Assembly: GCA_965240325.2 (NCBI GenBank)
Contig: OZ251225.1
Coordinates: forward strand, 2,666,001 to 2,730,000
From: Rebecca billardiae RCC1528
Lineage: Eukaryota; Protista; Haptophyta
Direction: 5' to 3'
Length of the DNA stretch: 64,000 nt
The position numbers were made by a program, and so were the translations under genes. The notes under the pieces were generated by a model. That model saw only the letters and a list, made by a program, of their open reading frames with translations. It was not told the origin of the DNA and made no database searches. This document shows, piece by piece, positions 34,402-49,155 of the stretch; position 1 is the stretch's first letter, and each line of letters opens with the position of its first letter.

Positions 34402-37400
34402 TCAGTACACGCGTAGCGTCGGCCCGCCGGCAAGAAGTGGGTCACGCTCGGTCAGCAGCGCGAGCACGTGCTCGGCGGGCGTGTGCTCGGCCACGCCGAG
34501 CGCCGCGCACGCTGCGCGGCGCATGCGCGTCGCCTCGTCGAGCGCCGCGTGCAGCTGGTACATGCGCTCGAAGACAACCTCAAGTCCGGGCACGGCGAAG
34601 AGGCGGAGGAAGAGGCTGAGCGCGCGGTGCACGAACACAGAGGGCGCGGCGGCCATGCTCGCGCGCACCGCCGACAGCGTCTCGCGCGACGAGAGCAGCT
34701 GCGTCTCGAAGCCAACCATCTCACGGAGCCCCTCCAGGGCGGCGGCGGCCGAGATGGGCCGCGCGGCGCCGGCGCCGTGCGTTGCACCGCCCGGCTGCGG
34801 TGCGCCGGCGGCATCCGCCGTCGCGGCGCGCAGGTGCGCGCGGCGCCGCAGCACGCCGAATGCCGCGCTTTCAAACGCGACCAGCTCCTCGATCTCGCGT
34901 ACGATCGCTGCGGGCTCGAGCAGCGCGTCGGCGGAGGCGCGCTCGGCGGCGGCCCGCTCCGCGCGCGGGGACGCCGGCGCCTGCCGCTTGCGCAGCGCGC
35001 GCGCGAGCGCCGCGCGCAGGCTGGTGAGGCGGTGCGCGGTGCGCACGTCCTCGCTCCAGGCCTTGACGACGGGCTCGATCTGCGCGTCGAGCGGCGGCGG
35101 CGGGCGGCGGCGGCGGGCGCGGCGGCGGGCGGCGGAGGCGGCGCGCGGCGGCAGGAGGGGCAGGTGAGTACACTCGCTGGCGGTGTGCGAGTGCGCGCGC
35201 CCGCGCGGCATGCGCGCAAGCGCGCCTCGCGTCGCGCCAGCAGTGGCGGGCGCGGCGGTTGGTGCGGCACTGGCCCGGCGCGCGCGGTGCGGCGCGAGGC
35301 GGCAGCCGTGCGCACCTGCTCGAGCGGCGGCAGCGCCAACGAGCCCAGCTCTCGCTGCTCCGCCCCGTCGGCGGGCGGCGCCTCGCCGTACGGCGCCATG
35401 TGCGCGCGCCACGCCGCGCCCACCGCCTGCGCCACCGTCTCCAGCTTAGGAAGGTCCCCGACGACCGCGGCCAGCCGGCTGAGCAGAGGCACAAGCAGCC
35501 TGTCGTCAGGCAGCTGCAGCAGCGCGCACGCGTCGCGCACGACCGCGCGCGCGCGCGCCGCCTCGGCCGCGCCCGCCGCCTCGCGCGCCGCCTCGGCGCG
35601 CCCGCCGCTCGCGTAGCTGAGCTCACCAGCCGCCGCCGCGCCGGCGAGCGCCGCCGCGCCGCGCGCCGCGCCGCCGCGCGTGCGCGGACTCGCCGCGCGC
35701 GCGTCGTCGTCGCCGACGGCGGCCGCGACGCGCGACGCGCGCTCGATCGCGGCTTCCCACATGCGCAGCGCGGGCGCGCCCGCGTCAGCGGCCGCCTCCG
35801 CCTCCGCCATCCGCTCGTCCAGCGACGCCATCAGCGCGCACACCTCGGCGAGCACGTCCGCACCTGCCGAGTCGACGCGCGCGGCGCGCGCGCCGCTCAG
35901 CGGCGGCGTGCGCGCGGCCTCGCTCGGCAGTGCGCGCATCGGCGTGCGCACATCGCTCGCGCTCAGATGCGTGAGCTCGCTCAGCCGGCGCAGCTCCGCG
36001 GCGGCGGCCGCGGCCGTCGCCGCCGCGGCGGAGCGCGGGCCCTCCCCGGACGCCGACCAGCCCGCGCCGGCGCCCGCACCCGACGACTCCACGGCCCCGG
36101 CGCCCGCGGCGCCCGCCGCGGCGCCCGCGGCCAGGCGCATGCCCCGCAGCATGTCCGCCGCGCGCGCCCTCTCCAGGATGAGCTCGAGCGAGCGCAGCCG
36201 CTCGGAGACCGCGGCGAGCGCGCGCGCGCTCGCGTGCTCCGCGTCGGCGGCGGCGGCCTCGGCGGCGCGGCGCGCGTCCACCGCGCCGGCCAGCGCGCGC
36301 ATGCTCTCATCCGCCTCGTGCGCAGCGCTGCTCATCAACTGCTCGGCCACGCGCCGCCGGCCGCCCTCGGCGCGGCTCAGCTCGCGCGCCGTGTCCGCCG
36401 CCGCGCTCGCGCCCGCGAGCTCGGCGCGCAGCGCGGCGACGCGCGCCTCGAGCGCGGCCTCGCGCTTGCGGCTCCCCTCGCGCTCGGCGCCGAGCGCCGC
36501 GTCGCTCCCCCCGAGCGCCTCGCGCAGCTTGGCGGCGCGCGCGTCCGCAGCGCGCACCGCCTCAGCGCTGTCGGCGAGCTCAGAGCTCAGCCGACGGATC
36601 GTGACGCCCACCTCCGCCGCGCGCGCGGCCGCCCGTTGCAGCTCAGCCTCTGCGCGCGAGGGGCGCGCGCCCGGCTCGTCCCGCTCGGCACCCGCCGCGT
36701 CCGACCCCACGCGCGCCTCCGCGCTCCGCGCCGGCTCGATCGGCGCGCCGAGCGATTCCATGATGGCCGCCGCCGCCGCCTCTGCGCGAGCGGCGAGTGC
36801 TTGGACCTGCGCGGGCGCGTCGGCGTGCGCGGCCAGGGTGTCGCGCTCGTGGCCGAGGCGCGCGCACTCGTCCTGGAGCGCGCGCACGCGCTCGCGCGCC
36901 TTCGACGCCTCGTCCTCGGCCGCGCCTGCGCGAGCGCCGGCGCTCGACGCATCCGACGCCGCCTCCTCTGCGCGCCGAATGGCCGTGCGCGCTCGCTCGG
37001 TCTCAGCGGTGGCGGAGGCCTCGGCGTCGACGCGCGCGGCGCGCTCGCGCTTCAGCTCGGCGCGCGCGCGCTCGAGGTCGTCGCGAAGCTGCGCGGCTGC
37101 GCGCTTCTCCTCGGCGAGCGCCTTCTGCGCGCGCTCCGCCTCCTCCGCCCGCCGCGTCGCCGCGCGCGCGCGCTCGCCCTCCGCCGTCGCGGCAGCCTCG
37201 GCGTCCGCGCGCGCGGCGCGCTCGCGCTGCAGCTCGGCGCGCGCGCGCTCGAGGTCGTCGCGCAGCTGCGCGGAGGCGCGCTGCTCCTCGGCGAGGGCCT
37301 GCTCGGCGAGATCACGGCCGTCCATCGCCTCCTCCACGCGTGCCGACAGGTCGTCGCGCTCATCCATCACCTGCCGCGCGGCACCACCCGTCTCGTCGAG

Positions 37401-37892
37401 AGCGTGCTGCACGCGCGCGAGCTCGGCCTCGGCGGCGCGCTTGGCCTCGAGGGCGCGGTGCCGGTCGTCCTCGAGCGAGCCGAGCCGCTCTCGCTGCTCC
37501 TGCTGCCGCGTCTTCTCGTCCTCGACCTCCGCCTGCAGGCTCTCGATCGCGCGGCGCGCCTTGCGCAGCATCTGGTTCCGCTCCTCGAGCTCGCGCGACG
37601 CCTCGTCGGCGCGGCGCGTCTGCGCATCGAGCTGGGCCTGCGCCTCGGAGAGCTGCTCGCGCAGCTCCTCGTCCGGGGTGAAGCTCATGCCGCGCGGCAG
37701 TCCCGCGGCTGCGAGGCCTGCACTGCGGAGAGCGCAGGCACCAGCTTGGAGCCGCTTGCTCGGATCGGGAGAGACGGTTGGCCGAGCCTGCGAGCAAGCT
37801 GAAAGCGTCCGGCTGTCGTCGCCTGCCGACTGCCGTGCGTGCCCGGACTGCCCGTCGCAGGCTTCGTCAAAAAGGAATTGCTGTTGCTGCAA
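34402..37892 (-). CDS. Long coiled-coil protein with a CEP70-like C-terminus, 2 exons (intron 35080-35315); start may be 37688
   Basis: Heptad-rich N-terminus. C-terminal LFLRLFAVPGLEVVFERMYQL resembles the CEP70 C-terminal motif (recalled, not searched). Confidence 0.65.
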
Positions 37893-38047
37893 TTCCGGCC
37901 GGGCGGCCGGAAAACGTGGCGAAGCGCCGGGCGACTGGCGAGTGGCGATCGAACCGAGTTGAGTTCAAGCAGTGGCTAGCTCATCGCTGCAAGCCTCCAA
38001 CGCGCGCGGCACACCCTCGACGCCCAAGTCGCCGCGGCCGCGGCAAG

Positions 38048-39100
38048 ATGCTGTTCAACAACTGGACGAAGACGCTCGGCGCGTGGCTGCGCACCGTGCT
38101 CGCGGCACAGATGGCCAAGGAGCCGCGCATGTGGACGCTGCCGCCCGATCAGCATGTCGACGAGCTCATCCTGCACGCCAGCTTCGCACTGGGCTGGCTG
38201 ACGGTGTCTGCGCCCGGCCTCGGCGAGAGCGACGTGCTCGTCGGCCGACCAACACGCGGCGAGCTCGGCCTCGGGCTGGTGCTCGCCCTCTTCGTCGTCT
38301 TCAACCTGAGCAAGAAGTTGTTCATCGAAGACGCGGCGGTCGAGGACGCGGGCGCCCGCGGCTGGATCGAGATGCTGCTGCCGTGCCACGTGTACAACAT
38401 GCTCGCGGCGTACAGCCTGCTCGGGTGCTCGCGGCGCGCGCGCGAGGCCACGTACAACCTCCTCCTCTACTGCGCGTGGATGCCGCTGCTCGCGATGCTC
38501 TTCCCCGACCTTGAGGACACGGTCAAAATCCGCAGTCCGCTCGCGCGTGTGTTCAGCATCGGCATGTTCTGGGTGCACCACGCGTTCCTGCTGCTCCTGC
38601 CGGGGATTCTGGGCTGGTACGCCAAGCTCGGGCGCTTCCGCGTGCCGCCCTCCGGCCTCCGCGCCTTTGCGCAGTACCTCGCGTTTGCGAACGCATACAT
38701 TGGCGTGTTCCTGTGCGCATACGCGCTGCTCACGGGGCGCAACATCAACTACAGCCTGTGGCCGCCGCCCGCGCTGCCCGACTCGATGGTCGCGCTGGTC
38801 GGCGGGCATCGGTACCGCGTCTCCATCGGGCTGCTGCTCGCCTTCGTCGTCGGGCCCGCGATGCGCTTCGGCTTCTTCCCGGCTGCGACGTGGCTGGTGA
38901 CGCTCGGCGCGCGCGAGGCCAAGCCGCTCGCGGACCGCGCGCGGCCACACGTGCAGCGCGGCCTGGCGACCGCCGGCGCGAAGCTCGCGAAGCTCGCGTC
39001 GGGCGTCCAAGCGCGCGTCGCCGACGCGGTCGTGCAGGCCAAGGCCCACGCCGCCCACAAGACCAACCAGCAGGCGCCGAACGGGCGCAAGCTTGCATGA
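38048..39100 (+). CDS. TMEM164-like multi-pass membrane protein
   Basis: LLPCH, LAMLFP, FWVHH.LLLP and NINY..PP motif pattern, plus multiple TM segments. Confidence 0.7.
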   Translation: MLFNNWTKTLGAWLRTVLAAQMAKEPRMWTLPPDQHVDELILHASFALGWLTVSAPGLGESDVLVGRPTRGELGLGLVLALFVVFNLSKKLFIEDAAVEDAGARGWIEMLLPCHVYNMLAAYSLLGCSRRAREATYNLLLYCAWMPLLAMLFPDLEDTVKIRSPLARVFSIGMFWVHHAFLLLLPGILGWYAKLGRFRVPPSGLRAFAQYLAFANAYIGVFLCAYALLTGRNINYSLWPPPALPDSMVALVGGHRYRVSIGLLLAFVVGPAMRFGFFPAATWLVTLGAREAKPLADRARPHVQRGLATAGAKLAKLASGVQARVADAVVQAKAHAAHKTNQQAPNGRKLA

Positions 39101-39394
39101 CCGCGGCGAGGGCGCAGGGTGCCGCCAGCTCGCCAGCGCGGCATCCGGCAGCACACGGCTCCTCCGCGCCAAGCCGCACCGGCGGTCGCGTGCGCACTCC
39201 ATGTGCCGCAGAACGCTCCCGGCGAGGCCGGCCGCGCAATTAATTATGCGCGCAGATCACTACGGGCTGACGCTGCATGCCGCTGACGACGCATCGTCTG
39301 TGATATGAATCTGTCGCCGTCAGTCTGTCTGTGCCTTATAAGACCCTTACTCACGCCTCACAGCCTACAGCTACACCGTACAGCCGTAGCGGGC

Positions 39395-41737
<2,343 letters not shown>

Positions 41738-41794
<57 letters not shown>
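41738..41794. repeat. (TA)n microsatellite
   Basis: Seen directly. Confidence 0.97.
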
Positions 41795-41795
<1 letters not shown>

Positions 41796-42160
41796 CTAGT
41801 ATATTAGCGGTGACACTGACACTGACAGTCACACTCGGCACACGGACACAGTCAGGCCGAGCCCGAGTCACGATACTGACTCGTCGACCGCGACGACGTC
41901 TCGGAAAGTCACGCTCCTCTCTCGGACGACTGACTGCACTGCGACTGAGTCTGACACGCCACACGGCGAGACAGCAACTGATGCCAACGGTGGCTCCATG
42001 CCCATGATGGACATGAACATGGTCCTTCGCCGAGCAGGCTCCGACTCAATCTGCATTGTCGCCGGCACCGCCGCGGCGCCGCGCCACCGGCTGCTCACGA
42101 CCGGCGACTGCGCTGCTGCCATGATACACCAGGCGCCCGAGACGGGGCCCCGGCCGTGGC

Positions 42161-45100
42161 TCAGGCGGCTGGCGATGGCGGCGTGTCGCTATCGAAGACT
42201 CGCTCGAACGCGAGCGGCCGGCCGCACACGATCTCCGTGCGCTCGAGTGGCGAGGTCTGGTTGGGGGCGGCGGTCGGGCCGCGCGTCGCAAGGTAGCGCG
42301 CGTGCTGCAGGAAGCGCGCGCCGTCGCTGTACGACGACGGCTGCGACGCGAGCAGCATGCGCGTGCGCGAGAGCAGCAGCAGCTCGAGCAGCGCAACACG
42401 CTGGCACGGCGCAGAGCGCGAGTCGGCGGCGCACACCTCGAGCAGCTCGCGCGGCAGCAGCTCCGCCGCGGCGCACACGCGCTCGGCACCCAGCATGGCG
42501 CGGAGTGAGGCCAGGCATCGGCCGTCGTCGCACGCCGCGAGGAAGCGCGCGCTCGGCTCGCGCTCGAGCAGCGCGCGCGCGCGCGCGCCGAAGACGCGCG
42601 CGTCGCACGCGGCGCGGCGCTGCCGGAGGCCTTCGCGGTGCGCGGCCGAGGCCCAGTTGAGAGCGCGGAGCGCGGCGGAGGCGGGCTCCGCGTCCGCGAG
42701 GGCCTGCACACCGTACACCGCTTCAGACTCGTTCGACGCCATGCGCACATGAATGCCCACGAGCTCGGGCGCGCCGAGGGCCGTCTCGAGCGCGCTGGCG
42801 AGCGCGCGGATCGTGGGCTCGGCGGCCGCCGCGAGCGCGCCGAGCGCTCGCGCGAAGCTGTCGCGGCTGACGCGCGCGCGCGCGCCGCCCACGCGCACCA
42901 GGTGTTGCGTGCGTACGTACACAGAGCGACGCCCGCCCGCGTCCGCCGCGCTGATGATCGCCGCGCCGCTGGGCTTGGCGATCGTGTCCACGGCGCTGCC
43001 CCAGCTGCCCGGAGGCCACGGCCCTGCCGCGCGGCGCCGCCGCGCACCGCCGCCCCCGCCGCTGCCGCCACTACCGTCGACGCCGCCGCCGCCGCCGCCG
43101 CTCGCCCCGCCTGGCCGCCCGCCGCCGCCCGCAGCGATGCCAACGAGCGAGCGTGGTGGTGTGTCGAGCACGATGGGCGCGGGCGTGCCCGCGGGCGCCC
43201 CGCTCGCGAGGGCGTCCGCGTCGAACAGGTCGCCGAAGTGCGCATCGCACTCGAGCGCCGGCTGCCACAGTACGACCAGCCTCCACCCAACCGCCTGCGC
43301 CACCGCCCAGCCGGCCGCGAGCGCGCGCAGCCGGTTTCCCAGGCCTCCCTCCGGCTGAAGGACGAGCGCGCTGGCGTTGCGCGCGCGGATCGAAGCCTCG
43401 AGCGACGCCCACGCGTGCTCCTGCGCGCGCGCCGTGCCGCACGTGCCGCCGCCCTCGCCGCGCCCCTCGCCGTCCGCGTCGGCGAGCTCGCCGGCTGGCA
43501 CGTCAGGCAGAGGCACCAATCGGCCGCGCTCCGCGCGATCCGCGCCGCGGCACGCACCGGCCACGCACGTATCCGGCGTGGAATCGAGGCGCGCCGAGGC
43601 GCCGCGCGCGCCCCACGCGCACGTGCCGCGCCCGATGAAGTCGAGCAGCGCGTGCGCTCCGGGCTCGGCAGCTCCCGGCGCGTTCTGGTCCGCGCCGAGC
43701 TGCGCCGAGCTCAGCCGGGCGACGCCACCGGCCAGGCTGGCCGCGGCGGTCGCGCTCGTGGCGCCTGTGGCCGCGGCGGCGGCGCCCGTGGCGCCAGTGA
43801 GTGGCTGCGCCTGCGCAGGGGCGTCGGTGGTGCCACGGGCGCGCAGGGCAGCGCCAAGCGGCGTCGCCCAGAGGTCGAGCTGCGCCTGCGCTTCGCTCGC
43901 CGCCCTGAGCAGCTCCGCGTGCGGCTCATGCTCGACGCAAGCACACGCCGCCCCTGCGGCGCGCGCCCACGGCACCGCGCGCAGCCGCAGCCGCCGCGCC
44001 AGCAGGGCAATCGCAGCCTCGGGCGACGGGAGCGGCCATGCTGGCAGCCCTCCAGCGCGGTGCCACGCGCGCGCCGAGACGAGCTGCGCGTGCACCGTCG
44101 GGCGGCCTGCGGCGCACGCGTCGCTCGGCGAGCCGTACCCGCCACCACGCGCACGCGCGCGCGCGCACGGCGGCAGCGGAAGAATCGCGCCGGCGGCGCC
44201 GCTGCCGAGCGCGCGCGCGCGCACCGCCGGCCGTACAGCGCTCAACAGCGCGCCCCACGCTCGCAGCGGGTGCGCGTGGCGCGCGTCCGCGCCGAAGGCC
44301 GGCGCCACGGCCGCCGTGGGCAGGAGCAGCAGCCACTCCGCAGATGCCACGCGCGCGCCGACGTTGAGCGCTGCCGTCATCTCCAGCGACGCGGCTGCGC
44401 CGGCCGCGCCGCCGGCCGCGCCGCCGGCCGCGCCGCCAGACGCGCTGCCGACGGCGGCCGGGGCCGGCTGCGCGGCGGCGCGCCTCAGCAGTCGCTCGCG
44501 CAGCGACGCGTCGAGCAAGACGACGCGCGCGCGGAGCGAGGGCTCGCGCCACGCATCGCAGCCGCCGCCGGGCGCTGACGCGTTCGCTGGCGCACCCATG
44601 CCAACGAGCCAGCTCGGCCACGCGGCTGCGGAGCCGTTCTGAGCGCGCGCGTCCGCGGCCGCGGCCGCGGCCGCGCCGTCGGCCGCTGCGCCTCGGCCGC
44701 CGTCGTCGCCTGCAGCGCCCGCACCGGCGTGCGCTGCGCCGCCGGCGGGGGCGTCGGTGAGCAGCACGACCACGTGCTCGACCACGATCGACGCGCGGCT
44801 CGCAGCGCGCGCCAGCACCTCTGCCAGCGCGCACGTGCGCCGCCGCGCCGCGCCGTCCGCGCGAGACGGCTGCAGAACTGAGAGATGAGAACGGGTGGCC
44901 GCGCGCAGGCCCGCCCAGAACGGCGAGTGCCGCCCGTCGGCCCCGGCGGCGTCGGGCTCGGCGGCGCCCAGCCGCGCGTCCAGCACGTCGCGCCAGCCCT
45001 CCCGCAATTCCCACAGCCCGTGCCGCCGCGCGGCTTGCACCTTGGCCGACCCAGTTTTGGGTGTCAGGCAGTGCGCGACGCGCGCGACTCGCAGGGCGCT

Positions 45101-45352
45101 CCCGCCGCCGCGGCCGGCGGCCTCCGATGTCGGCTCGTCGGCCGCCGCGTGGGCGCAGCTGCGCGTGACCACAGCCTCGGGCAGCACGAGCGTGCGCACG
45201 AGCGCCGTCGCGCCGCCCTGCACCGTGCTCGCGGCCGGCTCACTGTCCGCGGCCAACTCGTGCGCGCCCACTGTGGCCTCGATCAAAGTTGCATGGACAG
45301 CTCCGGCACCTCCGCCACCATCGCCGCCACCGTCGCCATCGCCGCCACCTCC

Positions 45353-45384
<32 letters not shown>

Positions 45385-48058
45385 CACCGCCATCGCCGCC
45401 GCCACCGCCGCCGCCGCCGCCATCGCCGCCGCCACCGCCGCCTTCGCCGCCACCTCCACCGCCACCGCCGCCGTCGACGGTCGCCCCGTCGTCCATCGCG
45501 ACGAGCTCGGCAGGCAGCGGCACGGCCCGGACGGCAGGCCGGCCGGCCGCAAGCACAGCGTTCACTGCCAGCTGGTCGTCGTCCGCGCCCTCGCGCGTCG
45601 CCTCGATCGCACGGTCAAGGAGCGCGCGCGCGCCCGCGCTCGGCGCAAAAGCACACCACCCCATGACGACTGTCGCCCCGCCGAGCGTGCGCACGTGCGC
45701 TGGCGGGTACCTTCCCGCGGAGGCGAGCACGTCGATGGGCGCGTGGCCCTGTGCCGCGGGCCGCGCGAGCAGGCGCAGCGCCGGGGCGAGCGGGCGCACC
45801 GCCACTGCGTCCGCGTCGGAGAGCAGCACGCCCCAGCCGGCCCTCAGCAGAGCGCGCGCCAGCTCGAGCCTCTCAAGCCAGAGGCCATCCAGGGAGAACT
45901 GGCCCTCGCCCTCGCGCTCGCGGCCAAACCAGAAGCGCGGGATGAGCGGGAGCGTGGGCGCGCCGAGCGTGCGCAGCTGCGCGTGCGTCGGCCAGTCGAG
46001 CGCGCACAGCAGCGGCACGAGCGCGGGCGCGCCACGCCCCGACGCGGCCGACTCTGTAGGCTCGCGCGCGGCGCCGCGTTGGCGCGCGCGCGCGCCCGCG
46101 CCGGCCGCGGCGCCGGCCGCGGCCGAGCTTGTGGCGGCGAGCGGCGGCGGTGGCAGTGCGGAGCTGAGGGCGAGCGCGGCCGCCCAGTTGAGCGCGGTGT
46201 CGACGTACCCCGCTGAGACGGTGGTGAGCACTGCCACCGCGCCCGACGGCGGCGTGCCCAGCGGCAGCTGCGCGCTCGCCGCGCGCAGCGCGAGCTCGAC
46301 CGCATCCTTGCACGCGTGTCCGATGGCCGGTGCCCAGCCGAGGGGCCTCGCCCAGCGGCCGATCACGGCCCAGACGTCGCACGTGACCTCGCGCGTCCAC
46401 ACGAGCGAGGGCGGCGCGGCGGCGCTCGAGTTACGCCGGAACGCCACGGCGCTCGCCGAGCACGCCCGCGCGGCGTGCACATCCTCACCCCAGAGGCTGC
46501 GGCGAATGCCGTCTGCCGCGGCGGCCGTGAGCGCCGCGGCTGCGGCGCGCGCGGCGGTAGCGCCGCCGCCGCCGCCGCCGCCGCCGGCGTGCAGCGGCGG
46601 CGCGGGGGGTCGCAGCCAGGCGAGCAGCTCGTGCAGCTGCGCGGCGCAGTCCGCACGCAGAGCCTCGTACCGCACGACGTACGTGTGCTCCGAGCGCCCG
46701 CCCGCCGCGCCGCCGAACCGGCGCTGCCACGCGCGATGCGAGGCCCAGGAGGCGGCGTACGCGCGCGCGTACGCTCGCGCGACGCCGGCAAAGTGCGGCG
46801 CGCTGAACAGCGAGGGCGTGACGACGCCGACGTGCGCGTCGAGGTCGGCGAGCGGCTTGCCCTGCCTCGCGCGCGCCTCCTTCAGCGAGGTGAAGAAGTT
46901 GCGCTGGTACTCCGCCCAGATCGCCTCGTACGGCTCACGATCGATGATGAGCGCTCGCGCCGGCGGCAGCCAGTGTGCGCACTTTGCGCCAATCGTCGCG
47001 CGGATCGTCTGCGTGCTCAGCTTCGCGCCGAAATCGCCGCCGCCGTGCCAGGGCACGCGGCGCCCGGCGGCCTCGAGCTCCTTCGCGCGGAGCAGCTCGT
47101 ACGGCACGTGCACCGCGTGCGCCTTCACGGCCACCACCGAGTCGTCGCACCGCCGCTCGCCCGGGAACTTTCGGGAAAGTTCCGCGTCCTCGTACACGGA
47201 GCCGCTGAGGTAGCCTGTCCCCGCCTCGAGTAGTCTGCGCACCCACGTGTTGCCCGAGCCGGGGAAGGACCAGAGGACGGGGGCGCGCCAGCCAACGCCG
47301 TCGAGTATGAACGCCGCGGGGCCGTCTGCCGCCTCGGCGCGCGCCGCCTCCAGCGCGCCGCACTGCTCCCAGCGCACCACTCCGATCGCGGCGCCGCCGC
47401 CCGCGCGCCGCGCGGGCGCGCGGCAGAACACCGCCGTGCGCGGCTGCTGGCCGCCGCTCGACGCGGGCGCAGGGGCGGTGTCATTCGCACGCGCGGTCGT
47501 GTTGCCCGCGAGCGCGGCCACGTCGAAGCAGCTGCGCGCCCCGCCGATGCACAGGCGCGATGGGCATCGCGCGGCGAGCTGATGAGCTTCTGAGCCGAGC
47601 AGGGCAACGTGTGTGGCGCCCGTCGGCGGCTGCGCGGTGCAAGCGCCCGTCGGCGGCGTGGCGATGAGCGCCAACGCGCAGCTGATGCGCTCGAAGCGCT
47701 CGCGCGGCGGCAGCCCCTCCGCGGCGTCCTGCGCATCGGCGCGCCGGAGCGCACACAGCGCGGCACTCGACACCGGAAGTGCATCGAGCGCTGTCGAGCC
47801 TTCGCCATCGCCTGCGCGCGGTCCCGCGCTGCGAGGTGCGGCGGTTGGCTGGCGGATGACGTGGGCACTACTCTCGAGCTGCAGCCGTGGGGCTGTCAGG
47901 AGGCAGCCCACGACCACGGCCGCCGTGACACAAGCCAGAGCGCGTCGGATGCGCGTCATCCAACCAGCGCCGCCATGCTGAAAGCCCCCCCCTACTAAGA
48001 CAGTGGCAAAAGGTGTGCTCTCCGGACCACAGTCGGCCTTCCCGGACTCTTCGAGCAT
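42161..48058 (-). CDS. Giant type II membrane glycan-modifying protein: sulfotransferase + nucleotide-diphospho-sugar transferase + GT-A-like + fucosyltransferase-like domains
   Basis: N-terminal TM segment, SFPGSGNTWVR / VKAH / IIDREPY, LLSDADAV / DDQLAVN, AALNVGARVASAEWLLLL, and GGLGNRL / VGIHVR / ELLLLSR / SSYS. Confidence 0.8.
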
Positions 48059-48126
48059 CGCCAGCGCGCAACGCAGCCCACGAGGGCGACTCGCTCGTGC
48101 CTGGCCGGCAGGACGCAAGCTCAATC

Positions 48127-49155
48127 ATGATGAGGGCCGCGCTCCTCCTGGCCGCCGCGGGGCTGGCGAGCGGGCTCGTGGCGCCGCCCGTGGGCGGTAA
48201 GTGGCGCCGCGCCTGTTACCCCTCGACCCCTTTGTCCGCCTCGCCCTTGCCACGGGCTCGCGCCCCTCACCGCGTCCTCGCGCCTTAGGCTCACCTCACA
48301 CTCCCCTTTCACGTTTGCTAACGACCCTGACGCGCGCGCCTGCAGTGCGCACTGTGGCGAGGACGTCCTTGCGGTCGGGTGCGATTGCGATGAAGATCTT
48401 CGACTGGAAGCGCCGATCTGACACGTACGCGGAGGAGGAGGAGCTCCGGCTGCACAACCTCCGGCCAGCGCCCGGCTCTCACAAGCGCAAGATCCGCAAG
48501 GGCCGCGGGATGGGCTCGGGCAAGGGCGGCTCGTGCGGCTTCGGCATGCGCGGGCAGCTCTCGCGCTCGGGCAGGCCGACGCGCCCCGGCTTCGAGGGCG
48601 GCCAGACGCCGCTCTACCGGCGGATCCCCAAGCTCCGCGGCAAGCCGACCGGCCCGGGCCACACGAAGACAGAGTATGGTCTCATCAAGGTGTGCCGCCA
48701 AACCGCGCACGACACACGCGCGCACGAGCGCGGCGTGGCGAGCGCGCGCACGTGGCTGCGGGCGAGGCGTGCCTTGCACCCTCGGGCCCGCGCGTGCGCT
48801 CACGCGCCCGCCCCCCGCGCGCCGCGCTCTCGGCCGCGCGCAGCTCGAGTACCTGAACGTGATGGACGACAACGCCGAGGTGTCCTATGACGCGCTGCTG
48901 AGCGCCGGCGCCATGACGAAGGTGAAGCCGTCGCTCATCAAGGTGGTCGGTGGCGGCGAGCTCTCGAAGAAGGGGCTCGTGGTCAAGGCGCACGCCTTCA
49001 CCGCCACGGCGCGCCAGGCGATCACCGACAACGGTGGCGAGTGCGTCGTCCTCCCGCCTTACCCGGTGAGCGACAAGGCGCCGGCGGCGGCGGCGCCGGC
49101 TGCGCCCGCCGCCGAGGCGGCACCGGCTGAGGCGGCGGCGCCGGCGGAGGAGTGA
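48127..49155 (+). CDS. rpl15: Plastid ribosomal protein uL15 with a signal/transit presequence, 3 exons (introns 48197-48345, 48690-48843)
   Basis: [40 protein letters not shown] and AHAFTATA. Hydrophobic N-terminal [16 protein letters not shown]. Confidence 0.93.

Noticed and set aside
35259-37962. Long plus-strand ORFs (847 and 760 aa), and similar antisense ORFs over hisD-hisG, the glycan gene and ubiquilin
   Set aside because: Shadow frames of high-GC coding sequence with no recognisable motifs.
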